64,000 bases of DNA from Candidatus Binatia bacterium (GTDB taxonomy: Bacteria; Patescibacteriota; Patescibacteriia; SG8-24): the NCBI GenBank assembly GCA_035495855.1, contig DATJFD010000076.1:7185-71184 (forward strand). The letters are read 5' to 3'. The notes beneath the pieces were generated by a model. The model made no database searches and was not told the DNA's origin. It saw nothing but the letters and a program-made list of their open reading frames with translations. This document shows, one piece after another, positions 20,839 through 28,402 of this stretch. The position numbers were made by a program, and so were the translations under genes. Within the stretch, counting starts at the first letter, position 1. Each line of letters starts with the position of its first letter.

Positions 20839-20995
20839 GGAGGGTGTGGGGATCGAACGGGTCGGGGCTGACCCGGGGGTCGCGTCCACCTGACGCGACA
20901 CAGCGAACGGGCGCAAGGAAACGGATATATCCGCCCGTTCCACGCAAACCCCGCCGCGTTCGGCGGCGGGTACGGAATCCCCACACCCTCCGCCA
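20839..20995 (+). other. 157-nt MITE-like or structured element bounded by inverted copies of the tRNA-Ser(GCU) 3' end
   Basis: 5' end GGAGGGTGTGGGGATCGAAC is the reverse complement of the tRNA 3' part GTTCGATCCCCACACCCTCC. 3' end ATCCCCACACCCTCCGCCA is a direct copy. The termini form a 15-bp perfect stem enclosing 3-4 strong internal hairpins: GGGTC/GACCC, GTCGCGTC/GACGCGAC, GAACGGGCG/CGCCCGTTC and CCCGCCGC/GCGGCGGG. Confidence 0.5.
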
Positions 20996-21029
20996 AGAAA
21001 CCGAACAAATAGGCTATGATACGAAGCAT

Positions 21030-21117
21030 GGAGAGGTGGCCGAGCGGTTTAAGGCAGCGGTCTTGAAAACCGCCGTGCTGAAAGGCACCGTGAGTTCGAA
21101 TCTCACCCTCTCCGCCA
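21030..21117 (+). tRNA. tRNA-Ser (anticodon UGA)
   Basis: GGAGAGGTGGCCGAGCGGTTTAAGGCAGCGGTCTTGAAAACCGCCGTGCTGAAAGGCACCGTGAGTTCGAATCTCACCCTCTCCGCCA. Has a long variable arm, anticodon loop CU-UGA-AA and an encoded CCA. Confidence 0.9.
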
Positions 21118-21125
21118 TCGACGTG

Positions 21126-21156
21126 AAGACCCCCGAAAGGGGGTCTTTGCGTTCTT
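21126..21156. terminator. rho-independent terminator (between tRNA-Ser and convergent comF)
   Basis: AAGACCCCC gaaa GGGGGTCTT TGCGTTCTT. Confidence 0.7.
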
Positions 21157-21163
21157 CCGCCCG

Positions 21164-21907
21164 TCATACGGGACGGTTCTTTTGACCGCTGAGCAGCGTC
21201 ACCGCCCGGACGCTCACCGCGCCGGCCGCCCTAAGGGCCGCGGCGCAGGCCGACAAGGTCGCTCCGGTCGTCACCACGTCGTCGATGAGCACGAAGGACC
21301 GGCCGGCCGCCTGCACGGAAGCGCGCACGCTCCCCTGCGCGTTCTTTGCCCGGGCCGCGTCATCCGCGAGCGCGGCCTGCGCCGACCAGCGGAAGCGCCT
21401 CCGGAGGACGCCCGGGGCCGCCGGCGCGCCGGTCACGCCCCGGAACGCCTCGGCCAGGAGCGCCGCCTGGTCGAAGCCGCGATAGGCCTCCCGGAAAGGG
21501 TGCATCGGCACGGGCATGACCGCGGCCGGGCCGGCGAACGCGTCGAACGCGTGCCTGTGCCGACGGACGAAGGCCTCGAAATGGCGGAGCAGCGCCTCCC
21601 CGGCCTCGTCGACCCGTTCGTACTTCCAAAGACGCACCAGCTCTCGCAAAGCGGGGCGGGCGTACGGCGCCGCCGAGGCGATGCCGTCGAGCGGCGAAGC
21701 CGCGCGGCATTTCGGGCGGCCGCACTGCGAACCCAGCGGCGAGCGGGTCCCGCAGCCCGGACAAACAAAGATCCCCTCCAGGGGGACCAGTTCGGCCGCG
21801 GCGCAGCCTTCGCAGAGCACTTTTCCTTCGGCGCCGCAGGAGCGGCAGGAGTGCGGGAACGCGGCCCGGGCGAGAAGGCTCGCGGCCTCCCGTCCGGTCC
21901 GGATCAT
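21164..21907 (-). CDS. comF: ComF family protein (phosphoribosyltransferase-fold competence protein)
   Basis: Start at MIRTGREAAS, in an ATGA overlap with the upstream stop. N-terminal Cys4 zinc finger (CRSCG...CEGC...CPGCG...C). C-terminal PRTase motif FVLIDDVVTTGATL. Confidence 0.8.
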   Translation of the reverse strand: MIRTGREAASLLARAAFPHSCRSCGAEGKVLCEGCAAAELVPLEGIFVCPGCGTRSPLGSQCGRPKCRAASPLDGIASAAPYARPALRELVRLWKYERVDEAGEALLRHFEAFVRRHRHAFDAFAGPAAVMPVPMHPFREAYRGFDQAALLAEAFRGVTGAPAAPGVLRRRFRWSAQAALADDAARAKNAQGSVRASVQAAGRSFVLIDDVVTTGATLSACAAALRAAGAVSVRAVTLLSGQKNRPV

Positions 21908-22521
21908 CGCGGTTGCCAGGTCGCGGTGTTCACCTTCCATGCATCGCCGGCCTTCACGAATTCGAGCTTCAGGTCCTGGTAATACACCACCGCGGCGCCT
22001 CCTGTCGAGCCCGTCTCGCGGCGCTGGGTCTTCACGGTCACGCTGGCCGTCCCCGCCGCCTGGTCATAGGCCGTGATGTCGACGCTGAGCGCCCTGGTGG
22101 TCGTGCCGAAGAAGTTCGCGGCCGGAGGCTTGGCGCGCTGCTCGGCGACGTAGGAATCGGCCCAGGCCTTGAGCGCCGGGGTCATGTAGAATTCCGCGTC
22201 GACGATGTTCTGGTAGTTTCCCTCGGTCGAGAAGCTGCCGAAAAGCTCCGCGAAGGACTTGGCCGTCGCGCGGAGATTGTTGCGCTCGTCCGCCTTCTTC
22301 GGCGGCGGCGCGGGGGCGGGCGCAGGCGCGGTCGTGTTGGTGTTGCCGGTGCCCACGGAGTAGTTGACCCCCAGGCCCGCACGGTTCACGATCACGCCGT
22401 TCTGATTGAGCTCGTCCGGCAGCAGCGGCGCGGACCGCGGCCGCAGCAAGAGCAGCCAGCCCAGGAGCAGGAGCAGCAGGATGACGACGACGGCGATGAT
22501 GATCTTGGTGCGGCGGGACAT
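21904..22521 (-). CDS. membrane-anchored protein, possible VirB8/PrgL-like component
   Basis: N-terminal TM helix (KIIIAVVVILLLLLLGWLLLL), a Pro/Ala linker, and an alpha+beta C-domain of about 120 aa (AKSFAELFGSFS...AWADSYV...SVTVKTQR...YYQDLKLEFVKAGDAWKV) reminiscent of NTF2-like folds. Sits immediately downstream of virB4. The functional call is inference from position and architecture. Confidence 0.45.
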   Translation of the reverse strand: MSRRTKIIIAVVVILLLLLLGWLLLLRPRSAPLLPDELNQNGVIVNRAGLGVNYSVGTGNTNTTAPAPAPAPPPKKADERNNLRATAKSFAELFGSFSTEGNYQNIVDAEFYMTPALKAWADSYVAEQRAKPPAANFFGTTTRALSVDITAYDQAAGTASVTVKTQRRETGSTGGAAVVYYQDLKLEFVKAGDAWKVNTATWQPR

Positions 22522-22527
22522 GGCGGT

Positions 22528-24426
22528 CTATTTCTTCTGGCCTTCCGCGAGCGACGCCTCGTACTCCTTCTTGGCCGCTTCGATCTCGAGCAGCTGCTGC
22601 GGGTTGGTGGTGACGACCTGGTCCTCGGCGTACGACGCGACCACCTTCACCGCCGCGTGCTTGTTGCCCGCGAAGAAGATGCCCTCGCCGACGCCGCACT
22701 CGAGCAGCAGGTACTTCTCGCCCTCGGTCAGGAGGAAGGTCTTGGCGATGTTGTCGATGGCGGCCGGCGACTGCTTGAGCAGCATCTGCATGGCCGAGTT
22801 GGTGACGATGGCCTGCCCGTAGGTGTTGCGGAGGAAGTCGTTGACGTCCTGCGTGATGGTCGTGACGCCGAGATAGTATTTGCGGCAGCGTTTCACCAGC
22901 GCGAAGATGAACTTCGCCGAGTCCTCGTTCTGCATGAGCCACCAGGCTTCGTCGATGACGAGGATGCGCTTCTTGCGCTCGGAGCGGACCACGTTCCAGA
23001 TGTAGTTGACGATGGCGTAGATGGCGAGCGGCCGGAGCTCGTCCTCGAGGTCGCGGACGGAGAAGGTCACGAGGATGTTCTTCATCGTCACGGTCGACGG
23101 CGAGTTGAACAGGCCGGCGAACGTGCCCTCGGTGAACTTCTTGAGGCGGATGACGAGGTCCTTCGTCCCCTCCATGCCCTCAAGCACCTCGACGAAGTCC
23201 TGCATGATCGGCGGCTCCGCCGTGGCGAGGTCGGCGTCCGGCGTGATGTCCTTCTTGGCGTAGGTCTCGAGCAGCGCGCGGTCGAGGATGGAGTCCTCCT
23301 GCGGGGTGACGCTCTGCAGCATGATGCGCAGCAGGCCCTTCACGGTGATGACGGCGCTGCGGATGATGTCCTCGGTGGTGATCTGCTCGCCGACGGCGCG
23401 CGGCAGGTCGAACGGGTTGATCTTCGCGTCCGACGCGAGGGAGATGTTGATGTACGTCCCGCCGACCGCGTCGGACAGGTGCTTGTACTCCATTTCAGGG
23501 TCGATGACGATGACCTCCACGCCCATCATGAGCGAGCGGAGGATCTCCAGCTTGACGGTGTAGGATTTGCCGGCGCCCGAGGTGGCGAACACGATATAGT
23601 TCGCGTTCTGCATCGAGAAGCGGTCGAACAGCACGAGGCTGTTGTTGTGGCGGTTGATGCCGAAAAGGATGCCGTTGTCGGAGGTGAGGTCGGCGGAGAT
23701 GAACGGGAACGACGACGCCACCGGGCTCGAGTTCATGTTGAACGTGATCATGAGCTCGTCGTTGCCCTGGGGGATCGTCGAATTGAAGCCCTGCTCGGCC
23801 TGGTAGAAGACGCGCTTGGTGTAGATGAGCTTGCCGCCGAAGAGCGCTTCGACGTCCTCCGTCTGCTTGTCGAGCTCCTTCTTGTCGGCGCCGTACACGG
23901 TGACGTAGAGCGCGAACTGGAAGAAATGCTCGGTCCCCTGCGAGAGCGAGTCGCGCAGGTCTTCGATGTCGCGGAGCGCGGTCTCCCGGATCGGGTCGCG
24001 CGGCGCGCCCTTCTCGGCGTCGGAGAGGATCTGCGCCTCGAGCGTACCGACCTTCTTCTTGAGCTGCTTCAGGATGACGTCAGGCTTCACCGGATAGAAG
24101 AACATGGCCACGTCGAGCGGGTGGTTCATGTTCACGATCGGCGCGAACCAGCCGAGCGAGATGTAGCGCGGGTACGTGACGACGAAGACCGTCCTCACGA
24201 ACGTCTCGTTGAGGACGAGGTAGGTCGGCTCGACCTTCAGGCCGGCGGGCGCGATGATGTCCTTGATGGAGACGACGCCCTTGCGGTAGATGCGCTCCTC
24301 TTCGAGGAGCTCGCGCTCCTTGGCGATCTGCTCCTGCTCCTGGGCGCCCTTGCCCGGCGGCGCGGCCTTCTTGGGAGGCGCGCCCGCTGCCGGCGACGGC
24401 GTGAATTGTCCGGGCTGGAATGCCAT
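22528..24426 (-). CDS. virB4: VirB4/TrbE-family type IV secretion ATPase, central + ATPase part
   Basis: 632 aa. Walker A FATSGAGKSYT, Walker B ILVIDEAWWLM, and a TQDVNDF motif. The preceding segment (YPRYISLGWFAPIVNMNHPLDVAMFFYP) is typical of the VirB4 middle domain. Confidence 0.9.
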   Translation of the reverse strand: MAFQPGQFTPSPAAGAPPKKAAPPGKGAQEQEQIAKERELLEEERIYRKGVVSIKDIIAPAGLKVEPTYLVLNETFVRTVFVVTYPRYISLGWFAPIVNMNHPLDVAMFFYPVKPDVILKQLKKKVGTLEAQILSDAEKGAPRDPIRETALRDIEDLRDSLSQGTEHFFQFALYVTVYGADKKELDKQTEDVEALFGGKLIYTKRVFYQAEQGFNSTIPQGNDELMITFNMNSSPVASSFPFISADLTSDNGILFGINRHNNSLVLFDRFSMQNANYIVFATSGAGKSYTVKLEILRSLMMGVEVIVIDPEMEYKHLSDAVGGTYINISLASDAKINPFDLPRAVGEQITTEDIIRSAVITVKGLLRIMLQSVTPQEDSILDRALLETYAKKDITPDADLATAEPPIMQDFVEVLEGMEGTKDLVIRLKKFTEGTFAGLFNSPSTVTMKNILVTFSVRDLEDELRPLAIYAIVNYIWNVVRSERKKRILVIDEAWWLMQNEDSAKFIFALVKRCRKYYLGVTTITQDVNDFLRNTYGQAIVTNSAMQMLLKQSPAAIDNIAKTFLLTEGEKYLLLECGVGEGIFFAGNKHAAVKVVASYAEDQVVTTNPQQLLEIEAAKKEYEASLAEGQKK

Positions 24427-24432
24427 AGGTCG

Positions 24433-25137
24433 TCAAACGGTGGTGATCTCTTCCTGCACGCGCAGCTTCGCCGAATCCTGCATCTTCTGGCTGTCGTACA
24501 CCTCCGGGTTGTAGACGCGGTAGAACAGCTCGATGAGGCTCTGGGTGTCGAGCTGCACCGCCTTGAGGCCCATGCTGTTGAGGTTGCCGATGATGTGCTC
24601 GACGCGCACCTGGAGGTCGTTCTTGCGCTGCCGGAACCGCTCCTCGGCGAGCTTGACGAACAGGGCCGGCGTGAAGGCCTCCGACATCCGGGCCACGAAG
24701 CCCTTCTGCTTGTCCGACAGCGGGTTGTACGGGACGATCACGAAGAACGACTTCTGCATGATCTGCCCGAGGGTGACGAGCTCGGTCACGAAGTTCCTGT
24801 AGTCCGCGATCTGGATGCGGAGCAGCTCGTTGGTCTGGTTCTTCTCCGATTCCTTCAGGCGCTCGATGTAGTTGTCGATGTTGAGCTTGCGCGACTGGAT
24901 GACGACCTGCAGCGGGAACTCCAGCGCGTTGAGGAACTGCACGTACGCGGCGATGATGGCGTTCTGCTCGTCCTCCGACTTCAGCGCGAAGTTGATGCTC
25001 GCGACGATGAGCACGGCGCGCAGGGTGCCGTCCTTCATGATCACGACGTCCTCCTTGATCTCGTTGATGTCCAAATAGCGCTGGGTCGCGGGACCCGGCT
25101 TGCTGCCGGCGAGTTTCGGGGATTGCATTTCGGGCAT
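24433..25137 (-). CDS. virB4: VirB4 N-terminal domain protein (separate ORF, in frame with the ATPase ORF)
   Basis: 234 aa. YLDINEIKEDVVIMKDGTLRAVLIVASINFALKSEDEQNAIIAAYVQFLNALEFPLQVVIQSRKLNIDNYI matches the N-terminal pattern of Gram-positive-type VirB4 (PrgJ/TraE-like). The stop TGA (24433-24435) is in frame with the downstream ATG (24426), only 2 codons apart. Confidence 0.75.
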   Translation of the reverse strand: MPEMQSPKLAGSKPGPATQRYLDINEIKEDVVIMKDGTLRAVLIVASINFALKSEDEQNAIIAAYVQFLNALEFPLQVVIQSRKLNIDNYIERLKESEKNQTNELLRIQIADYRNFVTELVTLGQIMQKSFFVIVPYNPLSDKQKGFVARMSEAFTPALFVKLAEERFRQRKNDLQVRVEHIIGNLNSMGLKAVQLDTQSLIELFYRVYNPEVYDSQKMQDSAKLRVQEEITTV

Positions 25138-25206
25138 AGCTGCGAGCTTCGAGCTGCGAGCTTCGAGCTTGTGTCGTCACAAGCTCCAGGCTCACGGCTC
25201 GAGGCT
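25138..25206. repeat. heptamer-periodic inverted repeat (AGCTKCG word family)
   Basis: Left arm AGCTGCG AGCTTCG AGCTGCG AGCTTCG AGCTTGT G. Right arm CACAAGCTCCAGGCTCACGGCTCGAGGCT. It fills the gap between the prgI-like stop and the virB4-N start exactly. Confidence 0.65.
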
Positions 25207-25630
25207 AATCCTCGGGGTTGTAGACTCCGCCGGTGTTCACGACGAGCGAGAGCTCGGTGAGCTTGGTCGCGGCGAGCGGCTCCTTCCGGATGCGCGCGGG
25301 CGGCGGAGGCGGCGGCGGCTTCTTGATGATGTCCATGAGCTCGCCGTCGGTATACTCCTTGTTCCAGATGCGCAGGCCGGGCCGTCGGAACGTCTGGATC
25401 ATGTTCAGCAGGAAGAAGTGGAACGGCTGGCCGTTGACCCGGAAGAAGGCGAAGATGCCGCCGATGACGAAGGTCGTGAGGCCGACGAGGAGGAAGAGGC
25501 CGAAATCCGCGAGCTTGTACTCGATGAACATGATCAGCGTCGTGACGAGCAGGATCAGGAACTGCCGCGTCGTGAGGGGGCCGATGATCTTGTCCTCTAC
25601 GTCGATGAATTGGGGTACGACGTACCGCAT
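25205..25630 (-). CDS. PrgI-family (VirB3-like) T4SS membrane protein
   Basis: Start re-picked at MRYVVPQFIDVEDKIIGPLTTRQFLILL (ATG 25630). Two TM helices. The YxVPxxxxxEDKIxGxLTxRQF opening is characteristic of PrgI/VirB3-like proteins encoded just upstream of VirB4. A poly-Pro tract follows. Confidence 0.7.
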   Translation of the reverse strand: MRYVVPQFIDVEDKIIGPLTTRQFLILLVTTLIMFIEYKLADFGLFLLVGLTTFVIGGIFAFFRVNGQPFHFFLLNMIQTFRRPGLRIWNKEYTDGELMDIIKKPPPPPPPARIRKEPLAATKLTELSLVVNTGGVYNPED

Positions 25631-25684
25631 GGGCGCATTATACCATAGAAGGAGCAGGATTGTCCCCAAGTGAGCCAAAAAACG

Positions 25685-27058
25685 TCAGCCGAACCGCAAT
25701 TTCCGGTTAAGCTCCATGACGGAGTCGAACTCGGCCTTGGAAAGGTAGGGGGCGGCCTTGCTCTCAAGCTCGGCAATGACCTCGGTGACCGGCTTCCCCT
25801 CGAGGCTTTTGCGGAGGATGTCGAGGTACAGCTTATTGACCTCGCTGTCCTGCCAGGCGCGGATGCCCTGCGTTTTGACGTCGAAGGACTGTTCCTCGAG
25901 CAGGTCGATCTTGTCCTTGAGCTTGAGCGTTGCCTCGCGGGGATCCTTGGAGAGCCTCCGGAAGTCCTTGATGGTCATGGAGCGCAGCTCTTCTACGGGG
26001 CCGGTGAGCTTGGGCGAGAATTTCACGTCGGACATGACGGGCTGGGCCTGGGGAGAGGCCTGCGCCGGCTGCTGGGCCGAGGGCTGCGGCGCAGGGCGGA
26101 CGGCGGGCTGGGCTGGCTGCGCCGGCGCGGGGCCGGACGGAGACGCGGGCGGCGGTTCGACGACGACGGTCGTCGGCGTCGGCTTGCCTGAAGAATCGAG
26201 GCCCACCACGGGGACGACCTTCGGTTCGCTGGGCGCCGCATGGACCGGTTCCCGCGGCGGGGCGGCGGCGACGCCGGAAGCGGCGACGCCGGAACGCTGC
26301 AGCAGGTCGCTGAACGTCTGCTCCCTGTTGGCCTGGTCCTTCTTGTCGGCGGTGTCCTGTCCGGTCAGCACCTTCTCGGTCTGCTCGGCGACGTACTTGG
26401 CCTTCTCGCCCGCCTTCTCGCCCGCGAGGCCCGAGTGGAAGTCGCGGTTCTTGCGCTGGAGCTCGTCCATCACGCGATCCGCGTCGGCGTCGCTCATGCC
26501 CATGCCGCCGCTCTGCACCGGCATCGTGAACTTCGATTTGGTCTCCAGTCCGTCACGAAGGTCGCGGAAGAACAGGGAGACGAGCATCCTGAAACGGCGT
26601 TTGACGTCCTCGTCGGGCATGGGCACGCCGCTGGCAGCCACGGCCTCGTCGACGATGGCGTCAAGATGCGTGACCTCGGACTTCTTTTCCGGCTGGACGT
26701 CCTTCTTGGCGATGATGGCTTCGATCTTCTTGAGATCGGCCGCGTCCTTGCCCGCGTCCTGGACGTAGTCGTCCTTGGTGACCTTCGCGAGGGAGACTTC
26801 CGGCTGGGAGGCCGCGACAGGCTCCGCCTTCTCGACCAGGGTAAGGGCGGGCGGCCGCACCGAGGGCGCGGACCCTTCTACCGCGGCGGCGGGGCCGGTC
26901 GGCAGGTTCGGCGGCGGCGCCGCTTCTTTTTTGGCGCCGGAATCGACGAAATCAAGCCCCTTCACGAGGAGCTTCTTGCCGGACTTGTCGACGACGGGGA
27001 TGTCCTCGTCGAGTAGGTCGAGCCAAGGCGTTGGAGGGGTTCCGGGAGCATCAGCCAT
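25685..27058 (-). CDS. hypothetical soluble Pro/Ala-rich protein sharing a domain with the upstream gene
   Basis: 457 aa with no TM segment. Contains DVKRRFRMLVSLFFRDLRDGLETKSKFTMPVQSGGMGMSDADADRVMDELQRK (motif at nt 26468-26509), a long P/A/Q linker, and a conserved-looking C-terminal about 110 aa. Confidence 0.6.
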   Translation of the reverse strand: MADAPGTPPTPWLDLLDEDIPVVDKSGKKLLVKGLDFVDSGAKKEAAPPPNLPTGPAAAVEGSAPSVRPPALTLVEKAEPVAASQPEVSLAKVTKDDYVQDAGKDAADLKKIEAIIAKKDVQPEKKSEVTHLDAIVDEAVAASGVPMPDEDVKRRFRMLVSLFFRDLRDGLETKSKFTMPVQSGGMGMSDADADRVMDELQRKNRDFHSGLAGEKAGEKAKYVAEQTEKVLTGQDTADKKDQANREQTFSDLLQRSGVAASGVAAAPPREPVHAAPSEPKVVPVVGLDSSGKPTPTTVVVEPPPASPSGPAPAQPAQPAVRPAPQPSAQQPAQASPQAQPVMSDVKFSPKLTGPVEELRSMTIKDFRRLSKDPREATLKLKDKIDLLEEQSFDVKTQGIRAWQDSEVNKLYLDILRKSLEGKPVTEVIAELESKAAPYLSKAEFDSVMELNRKLRFG

Positions 27059-27073
27059 ACGCGGGAGGGACGT

Positions 27074-28390
27074 CTAGATCTCGATCTTGTCTTTCCAAGA
27101 GAACGATCCTTTTTCCATGTCGAAAGCGACGAGGTCGGCGTAACGGTCGTAACCCTGCTTCTTGAGGACATTGATGACGCGCAGGCCGAACCGGGCCGAC
27201 TCGCCATCGTCATAGCCCGCGATGCCGCGCAGGATCAGCTGGAAGAGCATGTTCATGAACCTGGGATCGGTGCGCTCGTTCGGATACCGCTCGAGGTCGG
27301 CCTGCATCCCCTTGTCGGCGAGGTACTGGCTCACGATGTTGGCGTAGCGCTCATCGTTGTCGACCGACTCGGAGACCTGGTCGCCGTCGGCCATGGCGAT
27401 CAGCCCGGCCACGACGTACAGAGGGTCGGTGGGGCGGAGGTCCGGCGGGAACAGCACCTGGTAATACGCGTCGCGCATCTTCACCGGGTCCTTCTCCGTG
27501 ACCTGCGTGAAACGCTGGACCCGTTTGGAGAGTCCTTCCTGTTCTTCCGCCGTGCCGCTGTAGAGCTTCTTGATCTCAATGGCGCTGAGCTCTCTTTTTG
27601 GCGCGGGACTTTCGGCGGACGGCGCGGCGCCTTCGGGGCTTTTTTTTTCCTCCTTGGGAGCGGCGTCCTCGCTGAACGCCACCATGCGCATCTTGCTCGA
27701 AAGGATCGACATCACGCGCTCGGCGTCCGCGTCCGACATCTCAAGGCCGCCCGTCTTCTTCGCTTTCATGAGCATCTCCTTCGTGTCGGCGTCGTCGCGC
27801 ACGGCGCGAAGGCGCGATTCGATGATGTGGGCGAGCCGTTTGCGGGCGTCCTCGTCGAGGCTTTCGATGCCCGTCGCCTCGGCGATCTCGCGGGCGCCTT
27901 CCCTGTACCCGACCCGCCGCATCTCGATCTGCTTCTCCGGATACTTCTTGATGTCGCCGCCGAGCTCGGACACGAGGCCCGCGACGTCTCCGAGATACGC
28001 CTGCGCGGGCAGGAAGACGTAGCCGAGGACGTCGGTGATGACCGCCGCGGCCTTCTCTTCCTTGTCGTCCGGCCAATCCAGCCGGATCCACGCGCGGTCG
28101 GGAAAATCGGCGAGCGGAATGTCGGTGAAGAAGGTCTGCAGCTCGGTCCAGTAGATGAGGTCCCTATCGTCCTGCGACAACCCGTGCTCGTCGAAGATCT
28201 TCTTATGCAGGGCCGCGACCTCGTCGGAAAGCAGGTATTTCCGGATGGCGACCGGGACGTCCTGGAGCTTGGCCAGGATGACCTTGAGCGCGTTCGGCTG
28301 CGCGGGCGCCGCCGGGGCGTCCTCCGCGGGAGCGCCCGCGGCTTCGGCCGCGACCGCGCCCTCTTCGGTTGTCATCGTTTCATCGGCCAT
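27074..28390 (-). CDS. hypothetical soluble protein sharing a domain with the downstream gene
   Basis: 438 aa with no TM segment. Contains DARKRLAHIIESRLRAVRDDADTKEMLMKAKKTGGLEMSDADAERVMSILSSK (motif at nt 27710-27751). Confidence 0.6.
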   Translation of the reverse strand: MADETMTTEEGAVAAEAAGAPAEDAPAAPAQPNALKVILAKLQDVPVAIRKYLLSDEVAALHKKIFDEHGLSQDDRDLIYWTELQTFFTDIPLADFPDRAWIRLDWPDDKEEKAAAVITDVLGYVFLPAQAYLGDVAGLVSELGGDIKKYPEKQIEMRRVGYREGAREIAEATGIESLDEDARKRLAHIIESRLRAVRDDADTKEMLMKAKKTGGLEMSDADAERVMSILSSKMRMVAFSEDAAPKEEKKSPEGAAPSAESPAPKRELSAIEIKKLYSGTAEEQEGLSKRVQRFTQVTEKDPVKMRDAYYQVLFPPDLRPTDPLYVVAGLIAMADGDQVSESVDNDERYANIVSQYLADKGMQADLERYPNERTDPRFMNMLFQLILRGIAGYDDGESARFGLRVINVLKKQGYDRYADLVAFDMEKGSFSWKDKIEI

Positions 28391-28402
28391 AGTGCGTGTC
28401 GT

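Noticed and set aside
20839-20995. Element ending in ...ACCCTCCGCCA considered as tmRNA, tRNA-Sec or an intron-containing tRNA.
   Set aside because: It is too short for tmRNA and has no G3:U70 pair. No tag reading frame with a stop is present. No self-contained T-arm or anticodon arm can be drawn. The 5' end pairs with what would be the T-stem 3' strand, so a cloverleaf cannot form.
20642-21185. ORFs overlapping the tRNA-Ser cluster (20642..20986 -, 20694..21167 -, 20706..21185 +).
   Set aside because: They run through two tRNA genes, hairpins and a terminator, and have no coding signatures.
24433-24435. In-frame TGA in virB4 as evidence of genetic code 25 or 4 (UGA=Gly/Trp), as in some CPR lineages.
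   Set aside because: Well-supported genes here end in TGA at the expected length (clpC, radA). prfB (RF2, which reads UGA) is present with its UGA-dependent frameshift site. No other confident gene in the window needs UGA read-through.
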